From contig NC_045697.1 in NCBI RefSeq assembly GCF_009834535.1, positions 51,090,001 to 51,154,000 on the forward strand: a DNA stretch of 64,000 bases, written 5' to 3'. Source of the DNA: Camelus ferus (taxonomy: Eukaryota). Shown here piece by piece: positions 35,400 through 47,615 of this stretch. The position numbers and the translations under genes are program-made. Below the pieces are notes generated by a model that made no database searches, was not told the DNA's origin, and worked only from the letters and a program-made list of their open reading frames with translations. Numbering within the stretch: the first letter of the stretch is position 1; each line of letters opens with the position of its first letter.

Positions 35400-35975
35400 G
35401 TTCAAAGTCAATTTGTCATCTTCCCACCACCCTCATCTCATTTTTTCCCAAATTTACCCATTTGGCTTATTATTACCTAATTCTCTATGTGACAAGTTTT
35501 TACAAACTTACAGTAATTTTAATACCTCCTTCTCCTTAACCTCAAATATCCAGTCTGTCCTTAAATAGTTTGGATCCATCTTTTAAAATCTCACATTTAT
35601 CCTTATCCCCCCAAACACTGACACAACTCTGGTTCAGGGTCTCACCAAATCATGCCTAAGTTATTACAATAAATTCTTAGTTAATACATACCTCGAGTCC
35701 TTACATACTCTGATTAATTCTATAACTTTCCTCTCCTTAAAGTCTTTTAATATTTCCCCATTACATTTTAAATAAATTCCAGGCTCTTTATCCTGGTATT
35801 CAAAATGTTCAGGAATCTGATTCCACTAGTTTACAACAGCCACGAAAGCAGAGGCTTTATCTTTCTCCATCACTGCAATATCCCCACTGGATAGCAGATG
35901 ATTGGCATATAACATGTGTTTAATATTTGTTGAATGGATGAGTAAATAAATGAACAAATAAATGAAGGAATGATC
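35400..35975 (+). mobile_element. L2 3' fragments
   Basis: TTTCCCCATTACATTTTAAATAAATTCCAGGCTC...TTGGCATATAACATGTGTTTAATATTTGTTGAATGGATGA. Confidence 0.6.
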
Positions 35976-38094
35976 TCTGTAGCATAATCTTTTCTTTCTC
36001 TTTCACATATAAGTTCTCTATTAAGTCAGTAATATTCAGTGTAATATTTTTTTGCAAGCCTACCAAGTACACAACACCATGAGAGGGAAGACTGTGCGAG
36101 GTGCTGCAAGGTCATCTTCATCTTTCCCAGCATATCAAGTTCATTTCCAGACCAAAGTCTTGATGTACTAGGTGGTCTCCCACCAAGATGACTTCTTCTT
36201 GCTTTCTATTTATATAAATCCTCTTACTCTTCAGAGCATACTTAGCATTTTCTCCCTCAGTCTTACAGTCTTCTCGCTCTCTTGTAACATTTTTACGACT
36301 TTGTTTCATTTCTTAGTCATAACTCTTGAATTTTATGATTTAATTGTAATTTTTTATAAGAGTAAAGATTTGTCCTACTTATTGTATTCTCCACAAAATC
36401 TCAGGCCAGTACTAGACACCTAATAGAGAGTTGTTAAACCCTTTAATTAAACTTACTGAGTAAAAATATGCAAAGTGATTGCATTGTGCAGAGAACTAAG
36501 AAAGATTATTAAACATGCATCTCTAGCAAATTTAAGATTTAAGTAATTTAATATTACACATATATCCTGGCATGTAGTATTTATAAGTATTCATTCACAA
36601 ATATTTGTTGAGGGAATGGATGAGTAAACAGAGAAGCAGTTCCTAGCCTATTTTCCATCAACTCTTTGATCTCAGTGAAAGCAAATTATTGTTAATATTG
36701 CAAATAATAATAGAAATTTTGTGTTTATTCACGATGAGACTGCAAACACTAACTAAAATCTCAAGTGCCTTTATGTTAGGTTAGAACTGTATCAACTGTA
36801 CTGAGGCATTGCTGAGTGTGTCAGGAGAAAAATGGCAGCAGCTTATTTAACAGACACTTACACAGAGCCTACAACGTGCCAATTCCTGTTCTCAGCAGCG
36901 CTCAGCAATAGCTCATTCACTCCTCAGAACCTCATAAGGCCACCAGCACTGTTATTATCTCTATTTTACAACTGAGGACTCTGAGGTTAAGGTAAAGTTA
37001 CTGAAGTTAAGTAACTTACCCAAGGTCAACAGTTAGTGAGAAACAGAGCGAGGATTCTGAAGTCACACGGTCTGGGGTCAGGAGGGTATAGATTGAATCT
37101 ATGTGTAGATCTAATCTATGATACCTTTCAAAAAATTAAAGCAGTTGTTCTCTACTGATAGTCTCTAAAAACTTCCATTACATTCGCAAATCTACATCCA
37201 TTGGCATTGGCAGTGGAAATATTTTTCCTTGGGTTTGAGCTGTAGAAGCTGGCAGGAGGATCTACCCTTCTTGTTTTATGCTTTATTCTTTGCTCTCCTA
37301 AAATAAGGTCTCTAAGTGTCACAGAGGCCTTGCCTTTTACCTTTCCTGTAACAACCCCAGTGGCTGCAGCAGCCAAGAGAGTTGCTGGAGGTGGCAGAGC
37401 AAGCTGAAGAGGAAAACAGACACGGGCAACCACGCTGGGAATCAGACAGCAAAGGGTCCATGAATATTTCAGATTTTAGATAATATGGCAATAAATTAAA
37501 CCTGGAATCTACTGTCTCATATTATTTTATTTTACTGGTTTAAAAACAGGCATACAAAGCTTTATCTTAAAATAGTTTAACTTACATTCTCTTCAACTAC
37601 TGCTTTGCCACTTCTAGAAGCCCTGTAGCAAGAATACTCTTTCATAACTCTAAAAGCAAAGTCCTTCTAAGCCACACAAAGTCCTGCTCATCCTAGGAAG
37701 ATTAGGTTTGAGGTTGTTTTCAGTTTAGTTGTACTAACGATTGCCTTTCAAGCTCAAGAGGTTAGATAAGACATCTATGGAATTTGTTTGAAGACAGATG
37801 GGTACTCAGATACAAAACTGCTGGATTAGGCAGAGACAGAGTGGACTGGAATTAAAAATACAAATGCAAGCCACGTGAAGGTAGCAACCAGGAAAAACAA
37901 GGCATTGGTGGTAATGTGCATCCTTTCAGTAGTAATTATTTGGGCATTTTTCTGGATGAGATAATACAGCCACTGCTAGAACTGCTACGTCATGTTTTTC
38001 TCTCTCTGTCATTCATTCATTCAGTGTAGTCACATGAATATCTAATGTCTATTATATTTCCCACATATTTCTAGTGTCTATGCTAGGTACTATA

Positions 38095-38340
38095 TGAGGC
38101 ATTATCAGGAGTTAAAAGCACAGACTTAGGAACAGACTTCCCAAGTTTAAACGCCAGCCTCACTACTGGTTGTGTGGAATTGGGCAAGCTATTTCAATTC
38201 TCTGTGCCTTGATTATATCTCCTTAATGTTGGGGATAATGTTAATTCATGAGATCACTGTGAGGATTAAAGCAGTTCAAGCATGTCAGACATAAACAGTG
38301 CCTGGCACATATTGGCACTTACTGGATTTTAGCTAGTAGT
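38095..38340 (+). mobile_element. MIR SINE
   Basis: TTGGGCAAGCTATTTCAATTCTCTGTGCCT...GTGAGGATTAAA...ACAGTGCCTGGCACATA. Confidence 0.75.
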
Positions 38341-38724
38341 ATCACTATTACCAGAGGAAAAGCAGGCTGGGACCAGCACAGGCTCTTACCTTGAGAGTGT
38401 TCAAATGAAACTATACCTATAGACATACATGCAAGAGCACTTTAAGAAGGCAAAACAGCATATGGCTGACTATACACTGCCCTTTAGAGACTCTGAAGTT
38501 GTCCACATAGAAAAGGCCGGAGAGAGCTCTGTGGGGCAGGGTGGTCAGAGGTGTGACTTACTGTAGGTTTTAGCGTATGGGTACATCCTGAACATTTTGC
38601 TATCCTCATTATTCAGACCAACAGAGCTTTAAGAGACTAAAGCAAAATCTTAGGACTAGAAAAGTCACAGATACCTGGTTCCATGTCCTTTGCTTTACAA
38701 AAAGAATAAAAAGGCCAGTAAGCC

Positions 38725-39700
38725 AGCTCATCAACAAAAATTTCTGATGACCTACCATGTGCCAGCCTCTATTCCAGGTGCTGTAGATTCAGCATTGAGC
38801 AAAACATATATATGCTCCTTGCCCTCAAGGAGCTTGCATTCCAGTAGAAAAGACAGCAAATAAACAAATAAATAAATAAAGAGCTAACTTTATGTGCTGA
38901 TAAGTTGAAGATAATAAAATCAGGTACTGAGAGTGTGACTAGTAAAGGGGTATGACTTTATGAGAGTGTCAGAGAAGACCTGTCTGAGGAGGTGGCATTT
39001 CAGTTGAGATCTGTATGATGACAAAGAGACAGTCATGGTAAGACTGCAGGTAGAGGCGAGGGGCATTCACAGTAAGTGAAGAAGCTCTAGGAAGGGACAA
39101 AAAGGAGGCCAGGATGGCTATAGTGCAGTGAACAAGGGGAGAGTAGAAGGAGATGAGGTTCAGAAGGAGACAGAAGCTGACTCCTAGACATCAGTAAAGA
39201 CCTTGAACTTTATCCTGGTGGTTGTGCAAAGCATATAGGTAAATTCTTAAGCAGCAGCATAACAAGATCTAATACAAATTTTAGAAAGATCGCTCTCTGG
39301 ATGTAGTAGATCATGGTGGACAAGAGTGGAGGTAGGGAAACCAACAGGCTTGGAAGCAGCCCAGCAAGAGATGATGGTAGTTTAGATTAGGGTTATAGCA
39401 AAGGAAAAGACAATCAGTGGTCAGATTCTGAATACATTTTGGGAGTAGAGCTATCGGCTCTTACCAATAAATTGGATGTGAGGCGTGAAGGAAAAAAAAG
39501 ACTCAACAATGACTTGTAAGTGTTGACCTAAAAAAATGAAAGAATGCTGGAGCCATTCATGAAGCTGGGGAAGGCTTGGGGGACAGATGGAGAAGAAGGT
39601 GGAAGAAGGTATACAGGTTTAAGGAAAGTAATTGATAGTTTTGTTTGACTTTGTTAAGTTTGAAATATCTGTTAGACATCCTGATAGAAATATCACCAAT
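38725..39700 (-). mobile_element. L2 (L2a/b-like) 3' segment
   Basis: CATCAACAAAAATTTCTGATGACCTACCATGTGCCAGCC...CCTTGCCCTCAAGGAGCTTGCATTCCAGT...TCAGATTCTGAATACATTTTG. Confidence 0.8.
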
Positions 39701-41691
39701 AGTACCTAATAGAGATAAATATATAGTGAAACATACAGTGAGAATTCACTCAGTAATTGTTGATAGATTATACATACATGTGACATAATCAAAACCAGGC
39801 TTACCTTGATAGGAAAGATAATAAATTTCTACTTTTACTTATTTGCAGTCCCACTGAGTTGCAAATGGACATTTCTGTGTAATATTACTTGGTTATCCTC
39901 ACAAACAATTATTGGTTAATCACATATACTCACTGATTTAATGATACAATGCCTATCTTGGCAACCATACCTATCTATCTCGACACTAAAACTTAAATAA
40001 TCTTGTGAAAATAATGAAGGAGATTTGTAATTGTGTTTAATTTGAACAAATAGTTCAAAATCTGTCTTGAGAATATACACTGTATTAAAGCAATTTTGAG
40101 TCTTTATGATATGCACAAAAATATCCATATGTACAGTAATTTCTCCCAAGGATTTTACAAAGTAAAAAGCAGAGACAGCCCAAAAAAATATCTATAATAA
40201 AAGACATTCGGCCATAAGTGCTGAATAGAAATACAAGCAAAAAGCACTTCATTCATAGTACTTTTAAATTTTAATATATATAAATATCAAACTCCTTAAA
40301 CCTTAGAATCACCCCGACTATAGTTAATTCCTTTTGCATACAACAAAGCATCCTGCAGAAACCCTTAAATATATTAAAGAATGAATTCATTTCAAGATTT
40401 TTAAACTATAACATCAGGCCATTCATCGCGTTAAAGGCCAATGGCCTGATGTTTACACTTTAATCCTTTACCACAGATAATTTGCAAAACTCAGGCAGAC
40501 AGCAAATACTTTACAACTCTGATCAACAAAGAGTGAACTCTGTCCATTGAAAAGTATACTCTGGGCAAATGAATTACAGAAAGTCCACACACAAAAGTGA
40601 CCTCCAGGGAGTAGCCTAGCTGTGGGAAGAAGAAATGCTGAGTCTGGAATTTGCATTATCAATCAGGAAGATATTACCAGATAGAGAGTCAACAAATGAG
40701 TCCCATCATTCTATAATGTGGGTGACAGCTAACAGCTCTGAAAAGCTTCAATGCTAAGAATCACTAACTTGAATATGACATGATCTAATTTGGGGAAATA
40801 GTTTAAAATATTTGTTATGTCTCACATGTTCTGCTGAGCCCCCTTAACACATCAGTGAAGAGGCATTTGTAAGGGACAACAAGGTGAAGTAACACAAGGG
40901 ATTATAAGATCAGTTTTCTACAATACCTGACATCAATTTACCTCTTCCAATGTGGTAAGTCTTTAAAATATCACAGTGGGTGCCATACTACACACAAATT
41001 AGCAAAATGATTCCAGGGACATTAAACTTAGTTTGTAGAAGTCCTCTCTCCTCTGATCTGCTGTCAAAACCTCATGACGTACAAGAAGACCACACAGCTC
41101 TTACATGCCACTTCTACGTTCAGAGAGAAGTGACCAAGCTCACAGGCTGCCATTTACTAGTTTTTGCCATTTGACCTGTTGCTTAACTTATGCCTAAATT
41201 TCCTCAACTATAAATGGGGGATATGAATTTGTTTTAAATGATTCAGTGATTTAATACATGTGAAGTGCCTAGAGAGCACCAGGTGCATAACAAGTACTTG
41301 GTAAATGTTGGCTATTATTACTGTATCTATTTTTATTGCTATTGCATGTTGTAAGCACACAGGTACATGTGTATGTGGCAATTATGGTGTCAAAAAAAAA
41401 AAAAAAACCAAGCAAAAAAATGGGAATGAAGGGTCCAATATGTTTAGCAAACAGGATATGCTCTTGGTGGAGAGAGAGAAAACGAAAGAGAGAATACACA
41501 CAGCCACTCACATCTATCTTATTCTTTGTTACTGTTATGTGAACAGGCGACTCCAGGAAACATTTGCAAGGCTAACCTACACATTCTTTGTGAAGAACCT
41601 TTACATTTTCCCTGTTTCAGAATCTTAAAATGGCACAGTTAAAAGCAACCAAGACTAATAATGGAATCCCTAAGGGGAGAAATTTTTTTTT

Positions 41692-41789
41692 AACATTTTT
41701 TATTGATTTATAATCATTTTACAATGTATCAAATTCCAGTGTTCAGCACAATTTTTCAGTTATTCATGGACATATACACACTCATTGTC
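41692..41789 (-). mobile_element. Very short L1 3'-terminal fragment with GAAATTTTTTT-like TSD
   Basis: TTTTTTATTGATTTATAATCATTTTACAATG...AAATTCCAGTGTTCAGCACAA resembles the reverse complement of the lineage L1 3' end. Confidence 0.65.
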
Positions 41790-43909
41790 GAAAATTTTTT
41801 TAAAATACTAGAAAATTTTGTTATTTTATTTCAATTTATACATACATGTTAAGTGCCTAGAATAGTGCCAGGCACTTAGCAGAATTCTGATATAAGATGA
41901 ATGTTAAAATAGGAGCTAGAGTCAGTTCTGAACTCGGCCCCTAACAGTCTGTGAACTTGGAGTGAATTACTTCGGTCTCAGTGTTAAATGCAAGAGATAA
42001 TAGTTACTATGTATTATTCATGTTTCCTCTGGTGTTCAGCACTATTTTAAAACTTTTTAAATGAATTAAGTCTCACTGTTAAGCAGTTCTACTTTATCAT
42101 TCTCCAATACATTGTAGGAGCGATCATTTCTCTAAAGATCCTTACCTTCTATCTTAATCTGACACTAAAGAATGCTTCAGGATCCCCCTTATTTTATATG
42201 AAAATTCCCCAAATTTGGGGGGTTGACACTACCATCACTGGATATTTACCAAATACTCACAAACTGAAGGTGACCTGTTCCCATAAAATAAAATATTAGT
42301 ACCTATGTGATGGGATAACATTTTATCTAGGAAATTCTCTTCCTTTCTTCAGAAAATGTTGATTTTTGCCATAAGAAGTTAGGCTTTTCTGTGCTAAACG
42401 CTTTGGAGGAGGGATGTAAAAGGATGAAAAGACCAAAAGTCTTTTTCGACGTTGGCTTCTAAAACTTAAGCTCTTAGAGGAACTGAAAGTATTCCTGAAG
42501 TAGACCAAATGTTTGGGAGAAGTACTTGGGGAAAAGCAAAGGACATGAGAAGAGAAAAGAAATAATCTATCAGGCTGGGGAGAGGAGAATATATAAGAAT
42601 ATTGTCCCTAGAGATCAGAGAGAAAGACTTGTCTGAGAAGCTTTCTTTTTCTCCAAGAGTGCAGGAAAGATATAGAAAAAAATTAGTATCTTGAGAGAAA
42701 GAAGGACCCTTTGTTCTATTCCAGGAAGGGTTTGGGAGGGAACAAGACCCAGAGAGGAAATGACTGGGGGGAGTGTCTTCAGCAATCCCAAACTGAGGGA
42801 GATGAAAACTGCTCCACTTGAGCATGTTCAAAATTGAAATAAATTTGACTTAGAAAAAATTAAGGAAAGTTAACATTCTTACACAGCTGCTTTATTTACA
42901 AAACACACAAATGTATTTAAGTAAATTAAAACTATTTTTCTTTGAAAATTGATCTAGATTTTTAGCAAAGGCTAGCGGTTTCACAAATGTATGATACATT
43001 TAAGAACCCAAGATAGTACAAATAATCTAAAAATCAAATAGTTAATCATTCAGGTCTATTTTTTCTATTATTTATAAATCACATTAAAAGATTTTCAGGA
43101 GAAATCAGATATAAAACCCATTTTCAAAAGTTCCTTCATTTTGGTGACATCATCAAATCTCAAAATACATATTTTTCAATATATAGTCACAGTGTTAAAT
43201 ATAATTGCTCATATTCAATAACTACACATGTGATTTTTCAATAGCTTCTACTAGTTATTTCTTTAAACAATGGGAGTCAGATTTCTGATTCAATCTGACA
43301 AGCTGGATTTGCTACATGTCCTTCTGTTTTTACTTCATTGTTAAGTATATTCATAGAATTTAATCATATATCCTAGTAAGAATTTTTAGAGAAACCTTTA
43401 GTTTTTAAATATATTGAGCATTCATTATTTTAGTCAATCATTCCATGAATATTTACTGAATGCCTGCAGAGTGCCAAGAATTATGCTAAGGTGTTAAGTA
43501 AAATGCCTTGTTCTCAACACATCATTGTTGAGTAAAGTCAAAAGTAAATATTTTCAACATGCAGTTTCTAATACATGTTCATAAAATCCAGTCTGTGTAG
43601 AGAGTATAGTGACATGATACAGTACTAGAATTCTGTAGTTAGCAAAAATCATGGGAAATTGGAAATGCCAGCAAAATCAAAAATCCACTGGAATAGCTGT
43701 TCAATTTGTCTTTTTAATTATATATCTTACATGAAATTGAAATGAAATAAAAACTGACCCTCTCATATCCCATTTGATTTACATTATTCTTCCAATTTAA
43801 TATGTCATCAGTTATAGATGCAGTTTAATAATCTAATAATAATTTAATATAATAACTTTTTTTGGAGTAGAGGAAAGAAGGAAGAAAGACACCATTAAAA
43901 AACACATTT

Positions 43910-44045
43910 GGGGTGGGAGGCTATATAGCTCAGTGGTAGAGTGTATATTTACCATGCATGAGGTCATGGGTTCAATCCCTAGCATCTCCATTTGAAAAAC
44001 AAAATTAAAAAAAAAAAACTTAATTACCTCCCCACGAAAAACAAA
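43910..44045 (+). mobile_element. Vic-1-like tRNA-derived SINE
   Basis: TATAGCTCAGTGGTAGAGTG...GCATGAGGTCATGGGTTCAATCCCTAGCATCTCCA, then A-rich linker and TAATTACCTCCCC. Confidence 0.85.
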
Positions 44046-44206
44046 TGTTTTTTTAAAGATACATAAAAAAAATTGTCAATTGGACTTCATCAAAAAAAAC
44101 AAACACATGTTAGTTTCAAGATGCTCCCTCATTTTAGAAAAGTTACAATGATAAGACAAATATTCACCTTAGATTAGGACACTATGGTATTTTAAAGGCC
44201 ATTTTT

Positions 44207-44804
44207 AAAAACTGAAGTACAGTCAGATACCATGTGTCAATTTCTGGTGTACAGCACAATGTCCCAGTCATGTACATACATAGATATATTTGTTTTCATA
44301 TTCTTTTTCATTAAAGGTTACTACAAGATATTGAATATAGTTCCCTGTGCTATACAGAAGAAACTTGTTTTTTTAATCTATTTTTATATATATAGTGGCT
44401 AACATTTGCAAATCTCAAACTCCCAAATTTATCCCTTCCCACCTTCTTATCCCCGGTAACCATAAGATTGTTTACTACGTCTGCAAGTCTATTTCTCTTT
44501 TATGTTTACTATGTCTGCGAGTCTATTTCTGTTTTATAGATGAGTTCATTAGTGTCCTTTTTTTCTTTTCTTTTTTAGATTCCACATATGAATGATATCA
44601 TATGGTGTTTTTCTCTTTCTGGCTTACTTCGCTTAGAATGGCAATCTCTAGGTCCATCCATGTTGCTGCAAATGGAATTATTTTATTATTTTTTACCAAT
44701 GAGTAGTATTCTATTGTATAAATATACTACAACTTCTTTATCCAGTCATCTGTAGATGGACATTTTGGTTGTTTCCATGTCTTGGCTATTGTATATAGTG
44801 CTTC
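44207..44804 (-). mobile_element. L1 3' end (reverse) with 13-bp TSD AAAGGC(C/T)ATTTTT at 44194-44206 / 44805-44817
   Basis: GGTCCATCCATGTTGCTGCAAATGG, GATATTGAATATAGTTCCCTGTGCTATACAG; internal 34-bp tandem duplication 44469-44536. Confidence 0.92.
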
Positions 44805-45833
44805 AAAGGCTATTTTTGAAGTTAGCGTTTTGTTTCCATTTAACAGGATTATTTGTGCAATTCAGAGTGCAGAATACAAATCTAAATGAACTTGTTCCTT
44901 GCAAATTAATAGACATCTTTTGTCAAGGCAATATCTAGCAATATAGAAAGCTTCACTGCTTCAAATAACAAATCTATTTGAATTTATCAATTGCTATCAG
45001 ACTTGATCAGCCAATTTTAATACCTAAGAGATCATACATACCTTCTCACACACTCTGTCAATTCTGAATATACATCAAATTCATAGATCATTGTAGTATC
45101 TGATGTTCTGGTCTTAAAACTCTAAAAATTAAGGAATTTTCAGAATAAATTGTAACAAAGTTTATGTTTAGGAGTATATGCCATAGCAAGTTAGCTATAC
45201 CAACAGAGAAATTATAGAGATAATGAATTCAGGACATGTTTAAACAGAATTTAACTTGATTTCATTCAAATTAACACAAAAGATGGTATTCTGAGTGCTG
45301 GGAAAACAAACCAAGAGATATGTGGTATCAGCCAAATAATTAGAGAATCAGGCACAGTAGAAAAGTAAATTACACCTAATTCATCAGACCTAGTCACAAG
45401 GACCTTTCCATGTTAAATATCATTTTAAAGATCAAAATGTATGAGAGAATATATAGTAAGTAGATTCTTAAAATTGTCTTCTTAACTCTGAATTTGCCAG
45501 TATCACAGTAATGAGTGACTGGAAAAACCATGAAAAATAGAAACCCAGAAAACAATACTGAAATATTTTGGGCACTGGCTAGACTTCCTAGGTGACTGGC
45601 TGGCATATAGTAAGTGCAGAACAACTATTTGATTTATTCAGTGAATGAGAGAATGAGTGACTCACTCCACATCCCAATATTCTTAATTAAAATGTCTGTC
45701 TTAGCACAACTTGTACATGCAAAGGACTTTCAGAGTTGCTTGAAAATAATTAAAATTGTGTTTGTGTTAAATCTGCAATTTCTAAAGATCTATCATCGCC
45801 AATATGTATTGAACTTTAGGAGAGTGACATAAA

Positions 45834-46572
45834 GTGCAGCCATTATGGAAAATAGTATGGAAATCCCTCAGAAGTCTAAAAATAGACTTACCCTATGATC
45901 CAGCAATTCCACTCCTAGGCATATTTCTGGAGGGAACTTTAATTTGAAAAGATACATGAGCCCCAATGTTCATAGCAGCACTATTTACAATAGCCAAGCC
46001 ATGGAAGCAACCTAAATGTCCAACAACAGATGACTGGATAAAGAAGATGTAGTATATTTATACAATGGAATTCTACTCAGCCATAAAAAGTAATAAAATA
46101 ATGCCATCTGCCCCAATATGGATGGACCTGGAGATCATCATTCTAAGTGAAGTAAGTCAGAAAGAGAAAGAAAAATACCTTGTGATATCACTCATATGTG
46201 GAATCTAAACAAAAAAAAGAAAAAGAAAAAGAAAAAGAAAGAAACAAACAAAAAAAGAGAACACTAATGAACTCATCTACAAAATAGAAACAGACTCGTA
46301 AACATGGTAAACAATTTTATAGTTACCAGTGGAAGAGGGTGGGAAGGAATAAATTTGGGAGTTTGAGATTTGCAAAGGTTAACCGCTACATATAAAAATA
46401 GATTAAAAAAATTTCTTTTGTATAGCACAGGAAACTATACTGAATATCTTGTAATAACCTTTAATGAAAAAATATGAAAATAAATATATGTATATATATT
46501 TATGACTGGGACAATATGCTGTACACAAGAAATTGATTCATTGTAACTGACTATACTTAAATTTTTAAAAAA
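45834..46572 (+). mobile_element. L1 3' end (ORF2 C-terminus plus 3' UTR)
   Basis: GTGCAGCCATTATGGAAAATAGTATGG...TATGATCCAGCAATTCCACTCCTAGGCAT...TGTATAGCACAGG. Confidence 0.92.
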
Positions 46573-47384
46573 GTAAACTCATCTGAGGGTCAAGAAGAGA
46601 CTCAATTAGCTCCAACAAAGAACTAACATACATCAAAATCTTAGGGAAAAAATACTTTTATAGAAATGCTCCTTATAAGGAATAGCTCTCCCTTAATACA
46701 CACATCTGTTACTGCTTATCTCTTTATGTGTGCTTTCCCCAGTATGGCATACAAGATTTTTTATGGATAATTGAATTAAACTAAATTTAGTTAATTTATG
46801 TACTTAGGAGTTTTCATGCTGAAGCAAGCATTGCAATAAAATTTTTTCTAGTGTTTTATCTAATACAGTCAGAATACTCTTTTTAAATAGGTTTTTCTTG
46901 ATATTACATCTTGAATCAGAGAAAGACAATAAATGCAAATCAGGAAACTCAAGCTTTACTTAGGTTTTCTTATTCCCTTTGTAGCACTGGGTAAATTGAA
47001 GCTCTTAGATCTCAGTTCAGCTTGGTGGGTCTTTGTAATTCAAGGGGGCTCAAGCAATCTGGATATTTCATAATCCCAGATAGATTAGGATATCCATCAG
47101 TAACAAAGCTATAATGGGTTTACCTGCCTAATAGGAGTTTATTTAAAGTGATGTTGGACAAGTAATTAAACTTCTTTGAGTCTCAATTTTTCCTCATCTA
47201 TAAAATGAAGGGATGGGGTTGGATGACGCATAAAGTACTTTCCACAATTTTGATTTCTCTGAAACCACTATAAAGTGCAGATTTTTCTCTCCATGTCTAA
47301 AAACTAGCAAGTCCCTAAGAGTAGGGCTGTACAGCATCAGGCAGGGGAAATGGGTGTTTATTCCTCCAAAGAAACACTTAAATA

Positions 47385-47615
47385 GCACTTATGATGGACC
47401 AGGCCATGTTCTAATCACTTTACACCTATGCCCGCATTCAATCCTCACAATTGAGGCACGTACTATTATAATGGGTCATTTAATGGACGAGGAGCATGAA
47501 GCATTAGGTTAAGTAGTTTAGCTTGTTCCAGGGTGCACGGCTAGCTAGTAAGTAGTTGGGTCAGGATGCAAACCCAGGCAGCTGGGCTTTAGCATCAGTT
47601 CTCTTTGCCATCTAT
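47385..47615 (-). mobile_element. MIR SINE
   Basis: GCACTTATGATGGACCAGGCCATGTTCTAA...AATCCTCACAA...GGATGCAAACCCAGGCAG. Confidence 0.7.

Noticed and set aside
37380..37400. CTCF-like motif GCTGGAGGTGGCAG
   Set aside because: Three mismatches to the core consensus; unsupported without conservation or ChIP data.
21287..44045. tRNA-like sequences with A and B boxes (21287, 27903-28190, 43910)
   Set aside because: Degenerate cloverleaf, A-rich tails and TSDs identify them as SINEs, not tRNA genes.
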